64,000 bases of DNA from an uncultured bacterium (GTDB lineage Bacteria > Fidelibacterota > Marinisomatia > Marinisomatales > UBA1611). Positions 19,088 through 29,144 of the stretch are shown in pieces. Position 1 is the stretch's first letter. Each line of letters starts with the position of its first letter. The notes beneath the pieces were generated by a model. The model ran no database searches, was not told where the DNA came from, and saw only the letters and a list, made by a program, of their open reading frames with translations. The stretch covers positions 32,001 through 96,000 of the forward strand of contig CBFIBM010000003.1 in NCBI GenBank assembly GCA_965660855.1. Reading direction: 5' to 3'. The translations under genes and the position numbers were made by a program.

Positions 19088-19336
19088 ATGCAGACTACAT
19101 TTAATAAAATTTTAAAATGGATGCCAATTATATTGTTCTTATTATTAATAATGGTAGATAGAAATAAGATTTTGCATGTAGTTGGATATTTAATGTTACT
19201 TTTCTCGTACACCTTTATAATCATTATTAGAATATTATATGCAAAAAAAGAATGGCATGAAGAATTCAACAAAGATCAACTAAATCAAAATAGTTCCATT
19301 AAAAATATGAGTGATTTCAAAAAAAAAATAAAATAG
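19088..19336 (+). CDS. Small 2-TM hypothetical protein
   Basis: ATG 2 nt after the upstream stop; two hydrophobic helices. Confidence 0.6.
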   Translation: MQTTFNKILKWMPIILFLLLIMVDRNKILHVVGYLMLLFSYTFIIIIRILYAKKEWHEEFNKDQLNQNSSIKNMSDFKKKIK

Positions 19337-19380
19337 TTTACATAACTAAAAAAATATCTTAAACATCAAAAGGGGTCCAA

Positions 19381-19734
19381 ATGAAAAAAATAGATTTAAG
19401 AAGCATAATGATCGGGATTTTAGGAGCCACTCTTTTCTTTGTTCTCATCAGCGCAGATGAACCAGTTGTAGATGAAGGGAACCTAGGTGACATCATAGTA
19501 AACTCTATCACTATTCGTGATGATGGACATGGAGGATTCATAACTGCATATAATCAAGACCAAAAAAGAACTTTGTATCTAGGCACTGGAAAAGAGGAGA
19601 ATGGTTATGTGCAAACATATAATAAATATGAACAACCCACTGCATATATTGGTTCCAATAGAGATATGGATGGTATTATTGTATTGAATGATCGTTATGG
19701 TACTTTAGGCCATAGCCAATCAGGTAAGAAATGA
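19381..19734 (+). CDS. Short paralog of the 1334..2107 repeat protein
   Basis: Shares NLGDIxVNSITI...GGFI and ~3 repeat units. Confidence 0.75.
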   Translation: MKKIDLRSIMIGILGATLFFVLISADEPVVDEGNLGDIIVNSITIRDDGHGGFITAYNQDQKRTLYLGTGKEENGYVQTYNKYEQPTAYIGSNRDMDGIIVLNDRYGTLGHSQSGKK

Positions 19735-19814
19735 AACTAGGAATAATTTTTGTGATTTTACTATTTTTAGCTTTTATTAAAAACAGAGATAAGCTTGATA
19801 AGTACAAAAATTGA
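19731..19814 (+). CDS. Small single-TM peptide (27 aa)
   Basis: ATGA overlap with the upstream stop; MKLGIIFVILLFLAFIKNRDKLDKYKN. Confidence 0.4.
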   Translation: MKLGIIFVILLFLAFIKNRDKLDKYKN

Positions 19815-19862
19815 AACTCTTTAATGCAAAATACTTTTAATTATTTTGCAAAATTTTTTTAA

Positions 19863-19891
19863 TTTACATGCAAAAAGATTTTATCTATATT
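19863..19891 (+). promoter_or_regulatory. Putative sigma70 promoter of the gap pair
   Basis: TTTACA-N17-TATATT, 34 nt before the start codon. Confidence 0.45.
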
Positions 19892-19925
19892 CAGCGTCTA
19901 ATTAAACTTAAAAAAATTAATAAAT

Positions 19926-20942
19926 ATGAAAAAAATTAATATTGCTTTATTTGGATTTGGTAGAATTGGCCGTAATATTTTTAGATTGGGCTATGACAAT
20001 CCAAAATATAATTTTGTTGCAATTAGTGACTTTGGTTCTCTTGAAGCATTGCACTATTTACTTGTTAGAGATTCAATACATGGGGCTATGAAAGATGAAG
20101 TCCAGCTTGACGGAAACTATTTAAGAGTCAAAGATCAGAAAGTTAGAGTTATTAGCGGTGGACAGCCCGGCACTATCCCCTGGGACATATATGATGTTGA
20201 TATTGTTATTGATGCTACAGGTCGTTTTCTTAAAAAATCAGATTTAGCGCTGCATTTGGATTCTGGAGCAAAAAAAGTTTTTACCACTAGAAATCCTAAA
20301 GAAACAATTGACCGATATGTTATACCTGGAATTAATGATATGGATATAAAAGTTTCAGATAAAATAATTTCTACAACATCTTCTACCACACAAGTATTAG
20401 CTTTAATGATTAAGATGCTAGACGAATCGTTTGGATTAGAAAGAGCAATGATGACAACTGTACACGCTTATACTGCAGATCAGCCACTTGCAGATGCAGC
20501 AGGTTTAGATTTACGAAGAAGTAGATCCGCAGTTGAAAATATCATACCAAACTCAACATTTGCTCCTTCAATCGTTGAAAAAATAATGCCAAAGTTCAAA
20601 GGAAAAATTGATGGTATGGCTTTCAATGTTCCGGTTCCTAATGGGTCATGTGTTGACTTGACAACTGAATTAAAAAATACTCCATCTGTAGAAGAGGCAA
20701 ATCATGCAATAAAAGAGTTCTCTGAAAATTCTTTAAAAAATATTGTTGGTTATACAGCTGATCCAATCGTTTCAAGTGATGTTAGTGGTAGAGAGGAGAC
20801 AATGGTTTTTGATGAAAAAGCAACAATGATTACAAAAGATGCCCTTCTAAAAACTCTTTGCTGGTATGATAATGGCTGGGGATTCTCGAAAAGAATTTTA
20901 GATGTAATTGATAAATATTCAGAATTGGAGAGAAAATCGTGA
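19926..20942 (+). CDS. GAPDH-family paralog lacking the catalytic cysteine
   Basis: GFGRIGR, TVHAYT and WYDN retained, but STTSSTTQVLA replaces SNASCTTNCLA. Confidence 0.9.
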   Translation: MKKINIALFGFGRIGRNIFRLGYDNPKYNFVAISDFGSLEALHYLLVRDSIHGAMKDEVQLDGNYLRVKDQKVRVISGGQPGTIPWDIYDVDIVIDATGRFLKKSDLALHLDSGAKKVFTTRNPKETIDRYVIPGINDMDIKVSDKIISTTSSTTQVLALMIKMLDESFGLERAMMTTVHAYTADQPLADAAGLDLRRSRSAVENIIPNSTFAPSIVEKIMPKFKGKIDGMAFNVPVPNGSCVDLTTELKNTPSVEEANHAIKEFSENSLKNIVGYTADPIVSSDVSGREETMVFDEKATMITKDALLKTLCWYDNGWGFSKRILDVIDKYSELERKS

Positions 20943-21940
20943 AAGTAGCAATTAATGGTTTTGGGCGTATAGGTCGCTCAGTTTTTCGTATTTTAAATTC
21001 TAGGCCTGACGTTGATGTCGTTGCCATAAATGATATTTTTGATAAAGAGGCATTAACGTATTTATTAAAATATGATACAGTGATGGGAAGGTTTCCGGAG
21101 GATGTGACTTTAGACGGTGACATTCTTAAAACTCAAAGTCAAAATGTAAAACTTATTGCAGAAAGAAACCCTGAAGAACTGCCTTGGGGTGGAATGGGAA
21201 TAGATATTGTAATTGAGTCCACAGGAATATTTCGTCAAAAATCTCAACTTGAAGACCATTTAAAAGCTGGCGCCAAGAGAGTTGTATTGACGGTGCCCGC
21301 AAAAGATGAAATTGATTACACTGTTGTATTAGGTGTTAATGATGATGGTTTAAAGCCAGAACATAAAATTGTTTCAAATGCTTCTTGCACTACAAATTGT
21401 TTAGCCCCAATGGCAAAAGTTCTTAATGATGAATTTGGAATTGAACTTGGTGTTATTAATACGATTCATGCCTATACAAATGATCAGCGTCTTGCAGATG
21501 TACCTCATTCAGATTGGAGACGTAGTAGAGCAGCTGCTGAAAATGTTATTCCTACGACCACAGGTGCTGCTAGAGCGGTAGGAAAAGTCCTACCTGAATT
21601 AAATGGAAAGTTAGATGGTATAGCTATGAGAGTTCCGGTTCCAGATGGTTCAGTCGTAGATTTTAATATAAGATTGGAACAAGATGTCACAGTGGATCAG
21701 ATTAATGATGCAGTTCATAGTGCTTCAGAAACAGGCGCATTGAAAAATGTTCTAGAATATTCTACCTTGCCTGTAGTTTCTACTGACATTATTGGGAATC
21801 CACATTCATCAATTTTTGATGCACCATTCACAAGAGTAATTGGTGGCAATTATGTTAAAACACTTAATTGGTACGATAATGAGTGGGGATATTCTAATAG
21901 AGTTGCTGATTTACTCGGGGTATTATATAAGTTAGGCTAA
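20939..21940 (+). CDS. gap: Type I glyceraldehyde-3-phosphate dehydrogenase
   Basis: INGFGRIGR, SNASCTTNCLAP, IPTTTGAA, MRVPV, WYDNEWGYS; GTG start. Confidence 0.97.
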   Translation: MKVAINGFGRIGRSVFRILNSRPDVDVVAINDIFDKEALTYLLKYDTVMGRFPEDVTLDGDILKTQSQNVKLIAERNPEELPWGGMGIDIVIESTGIFRQKSQLEDHLKAGAKRVVLTVPAKDEIDYTVVLGVNDDGLKPEHKIVSNASCTTNCLAPMAKVLNDEFGIELGVINTIHAYTNDQRLADVPHSDWRRSRAAAENVIPTTTGAARAVGKVLPELNGKLDGIAMRVPVPDGSVVDFNIRLEQDVTVDQINDAVHSASETGALKNVLEYSTLPVVSTDIIGNPHSSIFDAPFTRVIGGNYVKTLNWYDNEWGYSNRVADLLGVLYKLG

Positions 21941-23883
21941 TTCTCTAATTCTGGAATATTTTTATAATATTCTAAAATATCAGGGTTTTTTAAAGCATCT
22001 GCATTCAAAACAGATTTTTTTTCAATAATTTGTTTTACTGCTAGCTCCACTTTCTTTCCGTTCATTGTATAAGGAACTTCTGAAACTTTTATAATTTTTT
22101 CAGGTACATGCCTATGGGAGCATTCTGATCTTATTGTAGACTTTATTTCTTTTTCAATTTTCTTATTCATTTGAATGCTATCTTTTAGTTTTACAAAAAG
22201 AATTACTCGTTGGTCATTATTCCATTCCTGACCAATAACCAAGCTATCATCCAAATAAGATAAAGAAGAGATCGCTCTATATATTTCAGCGGTTCCAATA
22301 CGAACTCCACCAGGGTTTAATGTTGTATCACTCCTTCCATAAATTTTAACTCCTCCTCTTTTATTTATCGATATGAGGTCCCCATGGTGCCAAGATCCCG
22401 GAAAAGTTTTAAAATAAGTTTCTTTAAATTTTTTATTTTCTTTATCATTCCAGAAGTAGATTGGGATTGAAGGAAATGCCGTAGAGCAAACAAGTTCTCC
22501 TTTTTTTCCTACCAGAGATTTTTTATTTTTGTCAAATGATTTAACATCCATTCCTAAACCACGACATTGTATTTCACCTCTTACTATTGGAAGTATTGGG
22601 TTTAAAAGTACAAAGCATGAAATTATATCTGTTCCACCTGAAATTGAACCAAGTAATATATCTTTTTTAACATTTTCATATACATAATCAAAACATTCTT
22701 CAATCAAGGGTGAGCCAGTAGATAATATGGATCGTAATGACTTTAAATGATATTGTTTCTTTGGAATAATATGTTCATTCTTACATGCTTCAATGTATTT
22801 TGCGCTTGTACCAAATACTGAGATACTTAAATCGTCTACCATTTTCCAAAGATTTTCCTTACTAGGAAAAAATGGTGAGCCATCATAAAGAGTTATAGTT
22901 GATCCCACCGCAAGGCTAGTCACCAACCAATTCCACATCATCCAGCCACAGGTAGTAAAATAAAAAATATTATCATCCCTATGAAGGTCACAGTGAAAAT
23001 AAAGTTCTTTTAAATGCTGTATTAATGTACCACCAGCAGAATGAACAATTGATTTTGGTAAGCCTGTAGTCCCTGAAGAATAGAGAATATATAAAGGGTA
23101 GTTAAATGGTAGTTGCTCAAATTTAAGTTTTTTTGGACGTTTAGAAATAAAATTTTTATAATGTATGCTATTTTTTATTTTTTGATTTTCTAAATTTTCA
23201 TCACTTATATTTGTAATAACTACCTTTTCAATACTTTTAATATTGCTTACTATAGTAGAAAGCTTCTCAAAAGTATTATAAAATTTTCCATTATAAGAAT
23301 ACCCAGCAGTTGCAAAAATTACCTTAGGTTGTATTTGGGAAAATCGATCTAATACACCTTTTACTCCAAAATCTGGTGATGTAGAACTCCAGATAGCTCC
23401 TATAGAAGCTGCGGAGAGCATTGCAATAACTGCTTCAGGTATATTAGGCATGTAGCCTACAATACGATCGCCTTTTGATATTCCAATACTTCTCAATGAA
23501 TGAGTTAAAGCTTCAACGCTATTAAATAGCTCTCTGTAGGTTATTGTTTCCGATTTTCCAGTTTCACTTTTATAATAGATAGCAGGTTTATTATCTTTAT
23601 ACCTTAAAAGATTCTCAGCAAAATTTAATTTTGCATCTGGAAACCAACTTGCTCCAGGCATTTTTTTTACATCATCAACTATAGAAGTATAATTAGCTGA
23701 AGAAATTATATGTGAATATTTCCATGTTTGCTCCCAAAATTTCTCCGGGTAATTGATAGACCAATTGTAAAGGTCACTATATTCTTTTATTTCAAGATTA
23801 TACCTTTCATTAACAATATTTATTAGTCTAGAAATGTGATTTTTGTCATTTGATAAATTAGGTTTCCATAGAATCTTATCCAT
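21937..23883 (-). CDS. Acetoacetate--CoA ligase
   Basis: LYSSGTTGLPKSIVH, FTTCGWMMWNW, SISGGTD, GRSDTTLNPGGVRIGTAEIY; GAGGG RBS before the ATG at 23883. Confidence 0.93.
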   Translation of the reverse strand: MDKILWKPNLSNDKNHISRLINIVNERYNLEIKEYSDLYNWSINYPEKFWEQTWKYSHIISSANYTSIVDDVKKMPGASWFPDAKLNFAENLLRYKDNKPAIYYKSETGKSETITYRELFNSVEALTHSLRSIGISKGDRIVGYMPNIPEAVIAMLSAASIGAIWSSTSPDFGVKGVLDRFSQIQPKVIFATAGYSYNGKFYNTFEKLSTIVSNIKSIEKVVITNISDENLENQKIKNSIHYKNFISKRPKKLKFEQLPFNYPLYILYSSGTTGLPKSIVHSAGGTLIQHLKELYFHCDLHRDDNIFYFTTCGWMMWNWLVTSLAVGSTITLYDGSPFFPSKENLWKMVDDLSISVFGTSAKYIEACKNEHIIPKKQYHLKSLRSILSTGSPLIEECFDYVYENVKKDILLGSISGGTDIISCFVLLNPILPIVRGEIQCRGLGMDVKSFDKNKKSLVGKKGELVCSTAFPSIPIYFWNDKENKKFKETYFKTFPGSWHHGDLISINKRGGVKIYGRSDTTLNPGGVRIGTAEIYRAISSLSYLDDSLVIGQEWNNDQRVILFVKLKDSIQMNKKIEKEIKSTIRSECSHRHVPEKIIKVSEVPYTMNGKKVELAVKQIIEKKSVLNADALKNPDILEYYKNIPELEN

Positions 23884-23992
23884 ACACAACCCTCAAGTCT
23901 TATTAATGTAAAAAAAATAGCTTTTATTGATGATTATGGCATTAACTATTCATAATTTTAAAGCTAACAATTAACTAATTTAAAAACAAAAT

Positions 23993-25183
23993 ATGAAAAT
24001 AGCTTTTTTAACAGCGGGTGGAATAGCCCCATGTTTATCTTCTTCGATTGGGGCGCTTATTGAAAAATATAATAATATTGCTCCAGATGCTGAGTTAATA
24101 GGATATCTTAATGGTTACCAAGGTTTACTACTTGGTCGTTCCATTAGATTCCCTGATAGAGTAAAGAAAAATTATAATTTATTACATGATTTTGGCGGGT
24201 CACCTATCGGGAATAGTAGAGTCAAGCTAACAAATATTGATGATTGCATCAAAAGAGGATATGCAAAAGAAGGTGAAGATCCCCTGAAAATTGCAGCCGA
24301 ACAGTTAACAAAAGATGGTGTTAATATACTTCACACAATCGGTGGAGATGATACCAACACAATGGCAGCTCAGTTATCATTTTATTTAAAAGAAAATGGT
24401 TATGATTTGACGGTAGTTGGAATGCCCAAAACCGTTGATAATGATGTTTTTCCTGTTTCTCAGACACTAGGGGCGTGGACTGCAGCGGAACAAGGTGCTA
24501 TATTTTTTGAAAATATAGTGAATGAAAATACTACCAGTACAAGGCAGCTTATTATACACGAAGTCATGGGTAGGCATTGTGGCTGGCTAACAGCTCAGAC
24601 TGCTTTAGATTATAGAAATAGAATGAAACAAAGAACATTCTTGCCAGAATTATTAGTTGAACAAAAGAAATGGGACGTTGATGCAATTTATATTCCCGAA
24701 GAAGATTTTGATTTCCAATCAGAAGTAAATCGTCTAAAAAAGGTTATGGATGAAAAAGACGGTGTAAATATTTTTCTGAGTGAAGGTGCCGGGCAAGAGA
24801 CTATAATAAGAGAACTTGAGTCTAAAGGAGAAGTAGTTCCGCGCGACGCTTTTGGTCATGTACGATTGGATGAAATTAATCCTGGGCAGTGGTTTGCAAA
24901 ACAATTTGCGAAAGAGTTAGGTGCAGAAAAAACACTTGTTCAAAAAAGTGGATATTTTGCACGATCAGCTAAAGCAAATTCAAAAGATTTAGAATTAATA
25001 AAAAAATCAGCTTTTTTTGGAGCAGAGAAAGCTCTTCAAGGGGAAAGTGGTCTTGCAGGATTAGATGATGACCAGGATAGTCAACTTAAACTAATTGATT
25101 TTAAGAGAATCAAAGGTGGAAAACCTTTCGATACATCATTAGATTGGTATCAATCTATGTTAAAAGAAATTGGGCAATATTAA
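23993..25183 (+). CDS. pfp: Pyrophosphate-dependent phosphofructokinase
   Basis: GGDDT (PPi-type Asp), PKTVDND (Lys), EVMGR. Confidence 0.93.
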   Translation: MKIAFLTAGGIAPCLSSSIGALIEKYNNIAPDAELIGYLNGYQGLLLGRSIRFPDRVKKNYNLLHDFGGSPIGNSRVKLTNIDDCIKRGYAKEGEDPLKIAAEQLTKDGVNILHTIGGDDTNTMAAQLSFYLKENGYDLTVVGMPKTVDNDVFPVSQTLGAWTAAEQGAIFFENIVNENTTSTRQLIIHEVMGRHCGWLTAQTALDYRNRMKQRTFLPELLVEQKKWDVDAIYIPEEDFDFQSEVNRLKKVMDEKDGVNIFLSEGAGQETIIRELESKGEVVPRDAFGHVRLDEINPGQWFAKQFAKELGAEKTLVQKSGYFARSAKANSKDLELIKKSAFFGAEKALQGESGLAGLDDDQDSQLKLIDFKRIKGGKPFDTSLDWYQSMLKEIGQY

Positions 25184-25200
25184 ATAAAAAAAGGAGTACC

Positions 25201-26274
25201 ATGTCACATTCACTAAAACCAGGTGTAGTTACTGGAGAAGACTATAAAACACTATTAAAAGCGGCAAAAGAAGGCGGCTACGCATTACCCGCAGTTAATG
25301 CAGTTGGAACAAATTCTGTAAATGCAGTAATGGAAGCTGCAGCAAAAAATAAATCTGATGTTATTGTCCAATTTTCTAATAGTGGTGGACAGTTCTTCGC
25401 GGGAAAAAGCCTTTCTGACGAATTTGAAGCAAAAGTCCTAGGTAGTGTTTCTGCTGCCCAGCATGTGCAACTTCTTGCTGAAAAATATGGTATTTGTGTT
25501 GTGTTGCATACTGACCATGCAAATAAAGCTTTAATTCCGTGGGTTGAAGCACTTGTAGGTCATAGTGAAAAACATTTTGAAAAAACAGGTTCACCCTTAT
25601 TTTCTTCTCACATGCTGGATCTATCTGCTGAAGAGATTGATTTTAACCTTTCTGAATGTGAACGAATGCTCAAAAGAATGGCTCCAATAGGATTGAGCCT
25701 TGAAATTGAGTTAGGAGTTACAGGTGGTGAAGAAGATGGAGTTGGCTCTGATGATGACATTGGTGCTGATAATCCCCTATTATATACGCAACCAGAGGAT
25801 TGTTTAAGAGCCTATCAACTATTATCTCCTCTAGGACATTTTAGTTTAGCAGCTTCCTTTGGTAATGTTCATGGAGTATATAAGCCTGGAAATGTCAAAC
25901 TTCGTCCAGAGATTTTAAAAAACTCTCAAGACTTAGTGCAAGAAACATGTAAAACAGGTAAAAAACCACTAGATTTGGTTTTTCATGGTGGTTCTGGTTC
26001 AGATAAAGCAAAAATTGCAGAGGCTTTAACCTACGGTGTATTTAAAATGAATATTGATACAGATACACAGTTCGCTTATTCCAAAGCAATTGGAAGTTAT
26101 GTCGAAGAAAATCACAAAGCATTTAAATATCAAATTGATCCGGAAGATGGAACACCTTATAAAAAACAATATGATCCTAGAAAATATCTGCGAATAGGAG
26201 AGCAGTCTATGGTAGCTCGTTTGGATGAAGCCTTTAAAGACCTTGGTTCTGTTGGTAAAACTCTTGCTTCTTAA
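25201..26274 (+). CDS. fbaA: Class II fructose-bisphosphate aldolase
   Basis: HTDH, SSHMLDLS, GNVHGVYKPG, VFHGGSG, KMNIDTD; AGGAG RBS before ATG 25201. Confidence 0.96.
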   Translation: MSHSLKPGVVTGEDYKTLLKAAKEGGYALPAVNAVGTNSVNAVMEAAAKNKSDVIVQFSNSGGQFFAGKSLSDEFEAKVLGSVSAAQHVQLLAEKYGICVVLHTDHANKALIPWVEALVGHSEKHFEKTGSPLFSSHMLDLSAEEIDFNLSECERMLKRMAPIGLSLEIELGVTGGEEDGVGSDDDIGADNPLLYTQPEDCLRAYQLLSPLGHFSLAASFGNVHGVYKPGNVKLRPEILKNSQDLVQETCKTGKKPLDLVFHGGSGSDKAKIAEALTYGVFKMNIDTDTQFAYSKAIGSYVEENHKAFKYQIDPEDGTPYKKQYDPRKYLRIGEQSMVARLDEAFKDLGSVGKTLAS

Positions 26275-26282
26275 ATGTTTCT

Positions 26283-26330
26283 AAATAAATCACAAGCTGG
26301 GTCTTATACGGCTTGTGATTTATTTTTTTT
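26283..26330 (+). terminator. Rho-independent terminator after fbaA
   Basis: AAATAAATCACAAGC...GCTTGTGATTTATTT stem followed by a T-tract. Confidence 0.85.
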
Positions 26331-26429
26331 CTAATGAAATAAGTACTTTTTGCGTAGCATTTACCTAATATAAAATAAGTAACTTTTTAAAATACTTTAT
26401 TAATTAGAGATATCAATAAAGTATACATT

Positions 26430-26555
26430 ATGAGTCTTTTCTTTAAAATAATAATATTATCCTTATCCACTGTTTTAAATGCCCAAGAGCAGCTTGGATC
26501 AGAATATACGGATTGTGGTGCAATGGCCTTTAAAAAACTAAGGAATAAAAAATAA
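26430..26555 (+). pseudogene. Short ORF or remnant: signal peptide plus ~23 residues
   Basis: MSLFFKIIILSLSTVLNA|QEQLGSEYTDCGAMAFKKLRNKK. Confidence 0.35.
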
Positions 26556-26668
26556 TTAAATAAAGTACCTTGACTTCAAATCTTCATCTGTTTTGTTAGT
26601 AGTCAGACTAATCAACCTTAGATCAGCAATAAGCTTATACTGTTTAATTTAATTCTAAAAAAGGGATA

Positions 26669-27142
26669 TTATTTCTTAATCCAATTTTTATACGGTTCTA
26701 TTGTTAGATTCATATTGTAATATTTGGATTCTGATGTTACTTCCTCTGATACCCAACTAGGAATGTTAAATTCTTCGTCTTCTGAATTTAGTTCTATTTC
26801 TGCAACAATTAACCCTTGGTTCTCTGCATGAAACTCATCTATCTCCCAAGTATGACCACAATATTGTACATAATGCCTTGTTTTCTCTATTGATCCAATT
26901 TCACAAAAATTTTCAAAAAGTTCAAGAGCATCTGACCGAGGAATTTTATATTCAAATTCAAATCGAGAAATTCCGATTTTATTACCTTTAATTGTAATAT
27001 AATAATCATCTCCTTTTTCTCGAACTCTTATAACTTTTTTTTTGTCACTAACGATATACCCCTGTTTAATACTCTCTGAACGAATTATTTGATCAGTTGG
27101 AATACGCTTAATAAGAAACTTTTTTTCTATCTCAATTGCCAT
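26669..27142 (-). CDS. CYTH (triphosphate tunnel metalloenzyme) domain protein
   Basis: EIEKKFL, QGY, RVR, EFEY, IEKTR, AEIEL, EEVT. Confidence 0.93.
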   Translation of the reverse strand: MAIEIEKKFLIKRIPTDQIIRSESIKQGYIVSDKKKVIRVREKGDDYYITIKGNKIGISRFEFEYKIPRSDALELFENFCEIGSIEKTRHYVQYCGHTWEIDEFHAENQGLIVAEIELNSEDEEFNIPSWVSEEVTSESKYYNMNLTIEPYKNWIKK

Positions 27143-28512
27143 CGAAAACCTCTTTTTATTATGATAAAGTAAAGGAATGAACTAAACATTCCAGGATAAA
27201 ATGGTTCAATTTTTAAAAAATTAATCCCAATATACTTTGATAAAAATAACCAAATAGTTGAAATCATCAAGGGTATAATCATCCAAAAAACCGCTTCTTT
27301 TTTATTTATATGAAGGTCTGAAAAAATCAGTGTTATAATAAATGGTAAAATAAGAGCTGGGATAATAATAGAACCAAGGGTAAATAAAAGTTTGACTACA
27401 GATGGAATCATGTACGCTAAAAGTAAAGAAATAACAGAGATAGAAATTAATCCCAGTCGAATTAGAGTAATCATGTTTGTTTTATTTTCTATTTCTGGTT
27501 TAATTCTCCATAAAATATCTCTGCCAAAAGTAAATGCACTTATAAAACTTAAAGAGTCAATAGTTGACATGATAATTGCAAAGATGCCTGTTAAGAAAAA
27601 CCCGAGGAACCCAATGGGTAAAAAATGAATTGCTAACAGTGGATAGGTAAGTAGAGGTTGATCTATTTTCAAATGCTCAATAGCATAAAGTCCACAAAAA
27701 ATTGTAATAGTATCAAAAATTGCCCAAAAACCAATTGAAAATAAGATACCATTTTTTGCTATTTGAGGTGTCTTTGCAGCTGCACATCTTTGGAAAAAAC
27801 CTGGGTCTATAAAAGTCCAAGCAGCTATAAAAAACCATACAAGAACGTACTGAAAAGAGTTGCCACCCAAGGGATTAGTATATTGATCAGGAAGTCTAAG
27901 AAACATTTCATAAGGATTCCCTAGATTGTTCCACAAAAATTTTAAAAGAATGAGAAAACTTATAAACATACAAAAAAATTGGAAAAAATCAGTTTTTACA
28001 ACTGCAGAAAACCCCCCATTCCACAAATAGATAATGCTAAATAATGTTGCAATAACTAGAGAAACTCCAATATCTAATTTGAAAAAATATTGAATCAAAA
28101 TACCCATACTTAATATGTAAGGAGCGGGACTTGCTAATAGAATTATTAGAACTGCAGATAAAACACCAGATAATTTACCAAAATGTTTATTAAAATGATC
28201 GGGTATTGAAAGAAAACCGCTTTCTCTAATTTTAGGTGCAATAAAAAAAGCATATATTGTTGCAAAAATATAATAGGGGAATGAAAAAATAAACCATGTC
28301 TGAATACCGTAGAGATAGGTATTTTCTCCAATTCCTAGAATGGCTCCATACCATGTTGTAACTAATGTAGCAATAAAGCTTAAAAAGCTTAATTTTCTTC
28401 CTGATAGAATAAAATTTTGAGTGGACTGATTTTTAAATTTTTTATTAAAAACTCCTATCCACAATAAAGTAGTAAAATAGATTAAAATAATAAATAAATC
28501 AATAAAGTGCAT
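27127..28512 (-). CDS. Sodium:solute symporter family protein (likely thiamine or precursor)
   Basis: FILSGRKL, ATLVTTWYG, GGFSAVVKTD, FFQRC, AIIMSTIDS; many TMs; directly downstream of thiN. Confidence 0.88.
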   Translation of the reverse strand: MHFIDLFIILIYFTTLLWIGVFNKKFKNQSTQNFILSGRKLSFLSFIATLVTTWYGAILGIGENTYLYGIQTWFIFSFPYYIFATIYAFFIAPKIRESGFLSIPDHFNKHFGKLSGVLSAVLIILLASPAPYILSMGILIQYFFKLDIGVSLVIATLFSIIYLWNGGFSAVVKTDFFQFFCMFISFLILLKFLWNNLGNPYEMFLRLPDQYTNPLGGNSFQYVLVWFFIAAWTFIDPGFFQRCAAAKTPQIAKNGILFSIGFWAIFDTITIFCGLYAIEHLKIDQPLLTYPLLAIHFLPIGFLGFFLTGIFAIIMSTIDSLSFISAFTFGRDILWRIKPEIENKTNMITLIRLGLISISVISLLLAYMIPSVVKLLFTLGSIIIPALILPFIITLIFSDLHINKKEAVFWMIIPLMISTIWLFLSKYIGINFLKIEPFYPGMFSSFLYFIIIKRGFRWQLR

Positions 28513-28517
28513 TTAGG

Positions 28518-29144
28518 TCAGGATGGATAATTTTCAAATACCCATATCCAGTCTGAGGATTCAATAGAATAAGAATTTCCCATCGTTAGATTGCTAATAC
28601 CCTCAGAGAGGTTTGATAGTTTTTCATTAGATAAAGTATACTTTAGATTGGATGTAGTAATCAAAGTATCTACTTTTGGAGAAATAATAGAAATGGTCTG
28701 ATTAGGGTCACAAGTAAATATAGTTTTATTTTTAACACATACAACTTTAGAAAGTTTAGTATAAAGCGATAAACGAATTTTTTCAGCATATTTTAACATT
28801 ATTAATAATGTTAAAAATTCGTGATCACCTCTACCTCCTGAAAATCCAACTAGAGATAGTTTTTTGAAATTATTATTTAGACACCAAATGATGCCTTTCT
28901 CCAAATCAGATTTAGATTGATCTTCTAATTTTACAGTTCTGCATTTATAAGTACCTTGGATGGAGTCCAGATCACCTAATATTATACTTGGTTCATAATT
29001 AAGAGAGCTTAATTTATCTGCGCCACCATCAAGGCAAATAAATGAAGATGCTTGCTTTAAAACATGCATTATACAATTATGGGTTGGAACATCTCCATTT
29101 CCAAAGAGTATATCAAATTGGACTTTTTGTTGATTTTTTTTCAT
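28518..29144 (-). CDS. thiN: Thiamine pyrophosphokinase
   Basis: DGGAD, GDLDS, DQSKSDLEK, GGRGDH, GISN. Confidence 0.92.
   Translation of the reverse strand: MKKNQQKVQFDILFGNGDVPTHNCIMHVLKQASSFICLDGGADKLSSLNYEPSIILGDLDSIQGTYKCRTVKLEDQSKSDLEKGIIWCLNNNFKKLSLVGFSGGRGDHEFLTLLIMLKYAEKIRLSLYTKLSKVVCVKNKTIFTCDPNQTISIISPKVDTLITTSNLKYTLSNEKLSNLSEGISNLTMGNSYSIESSDWIWVFENYPS

Noticed and set aside
26669..27142. Class IV adenylate cyclase call for the CYTH protein
   Set aside because: Most CYTH proteins are triphosphatases, and the sequence does not support cyclase activity specifically
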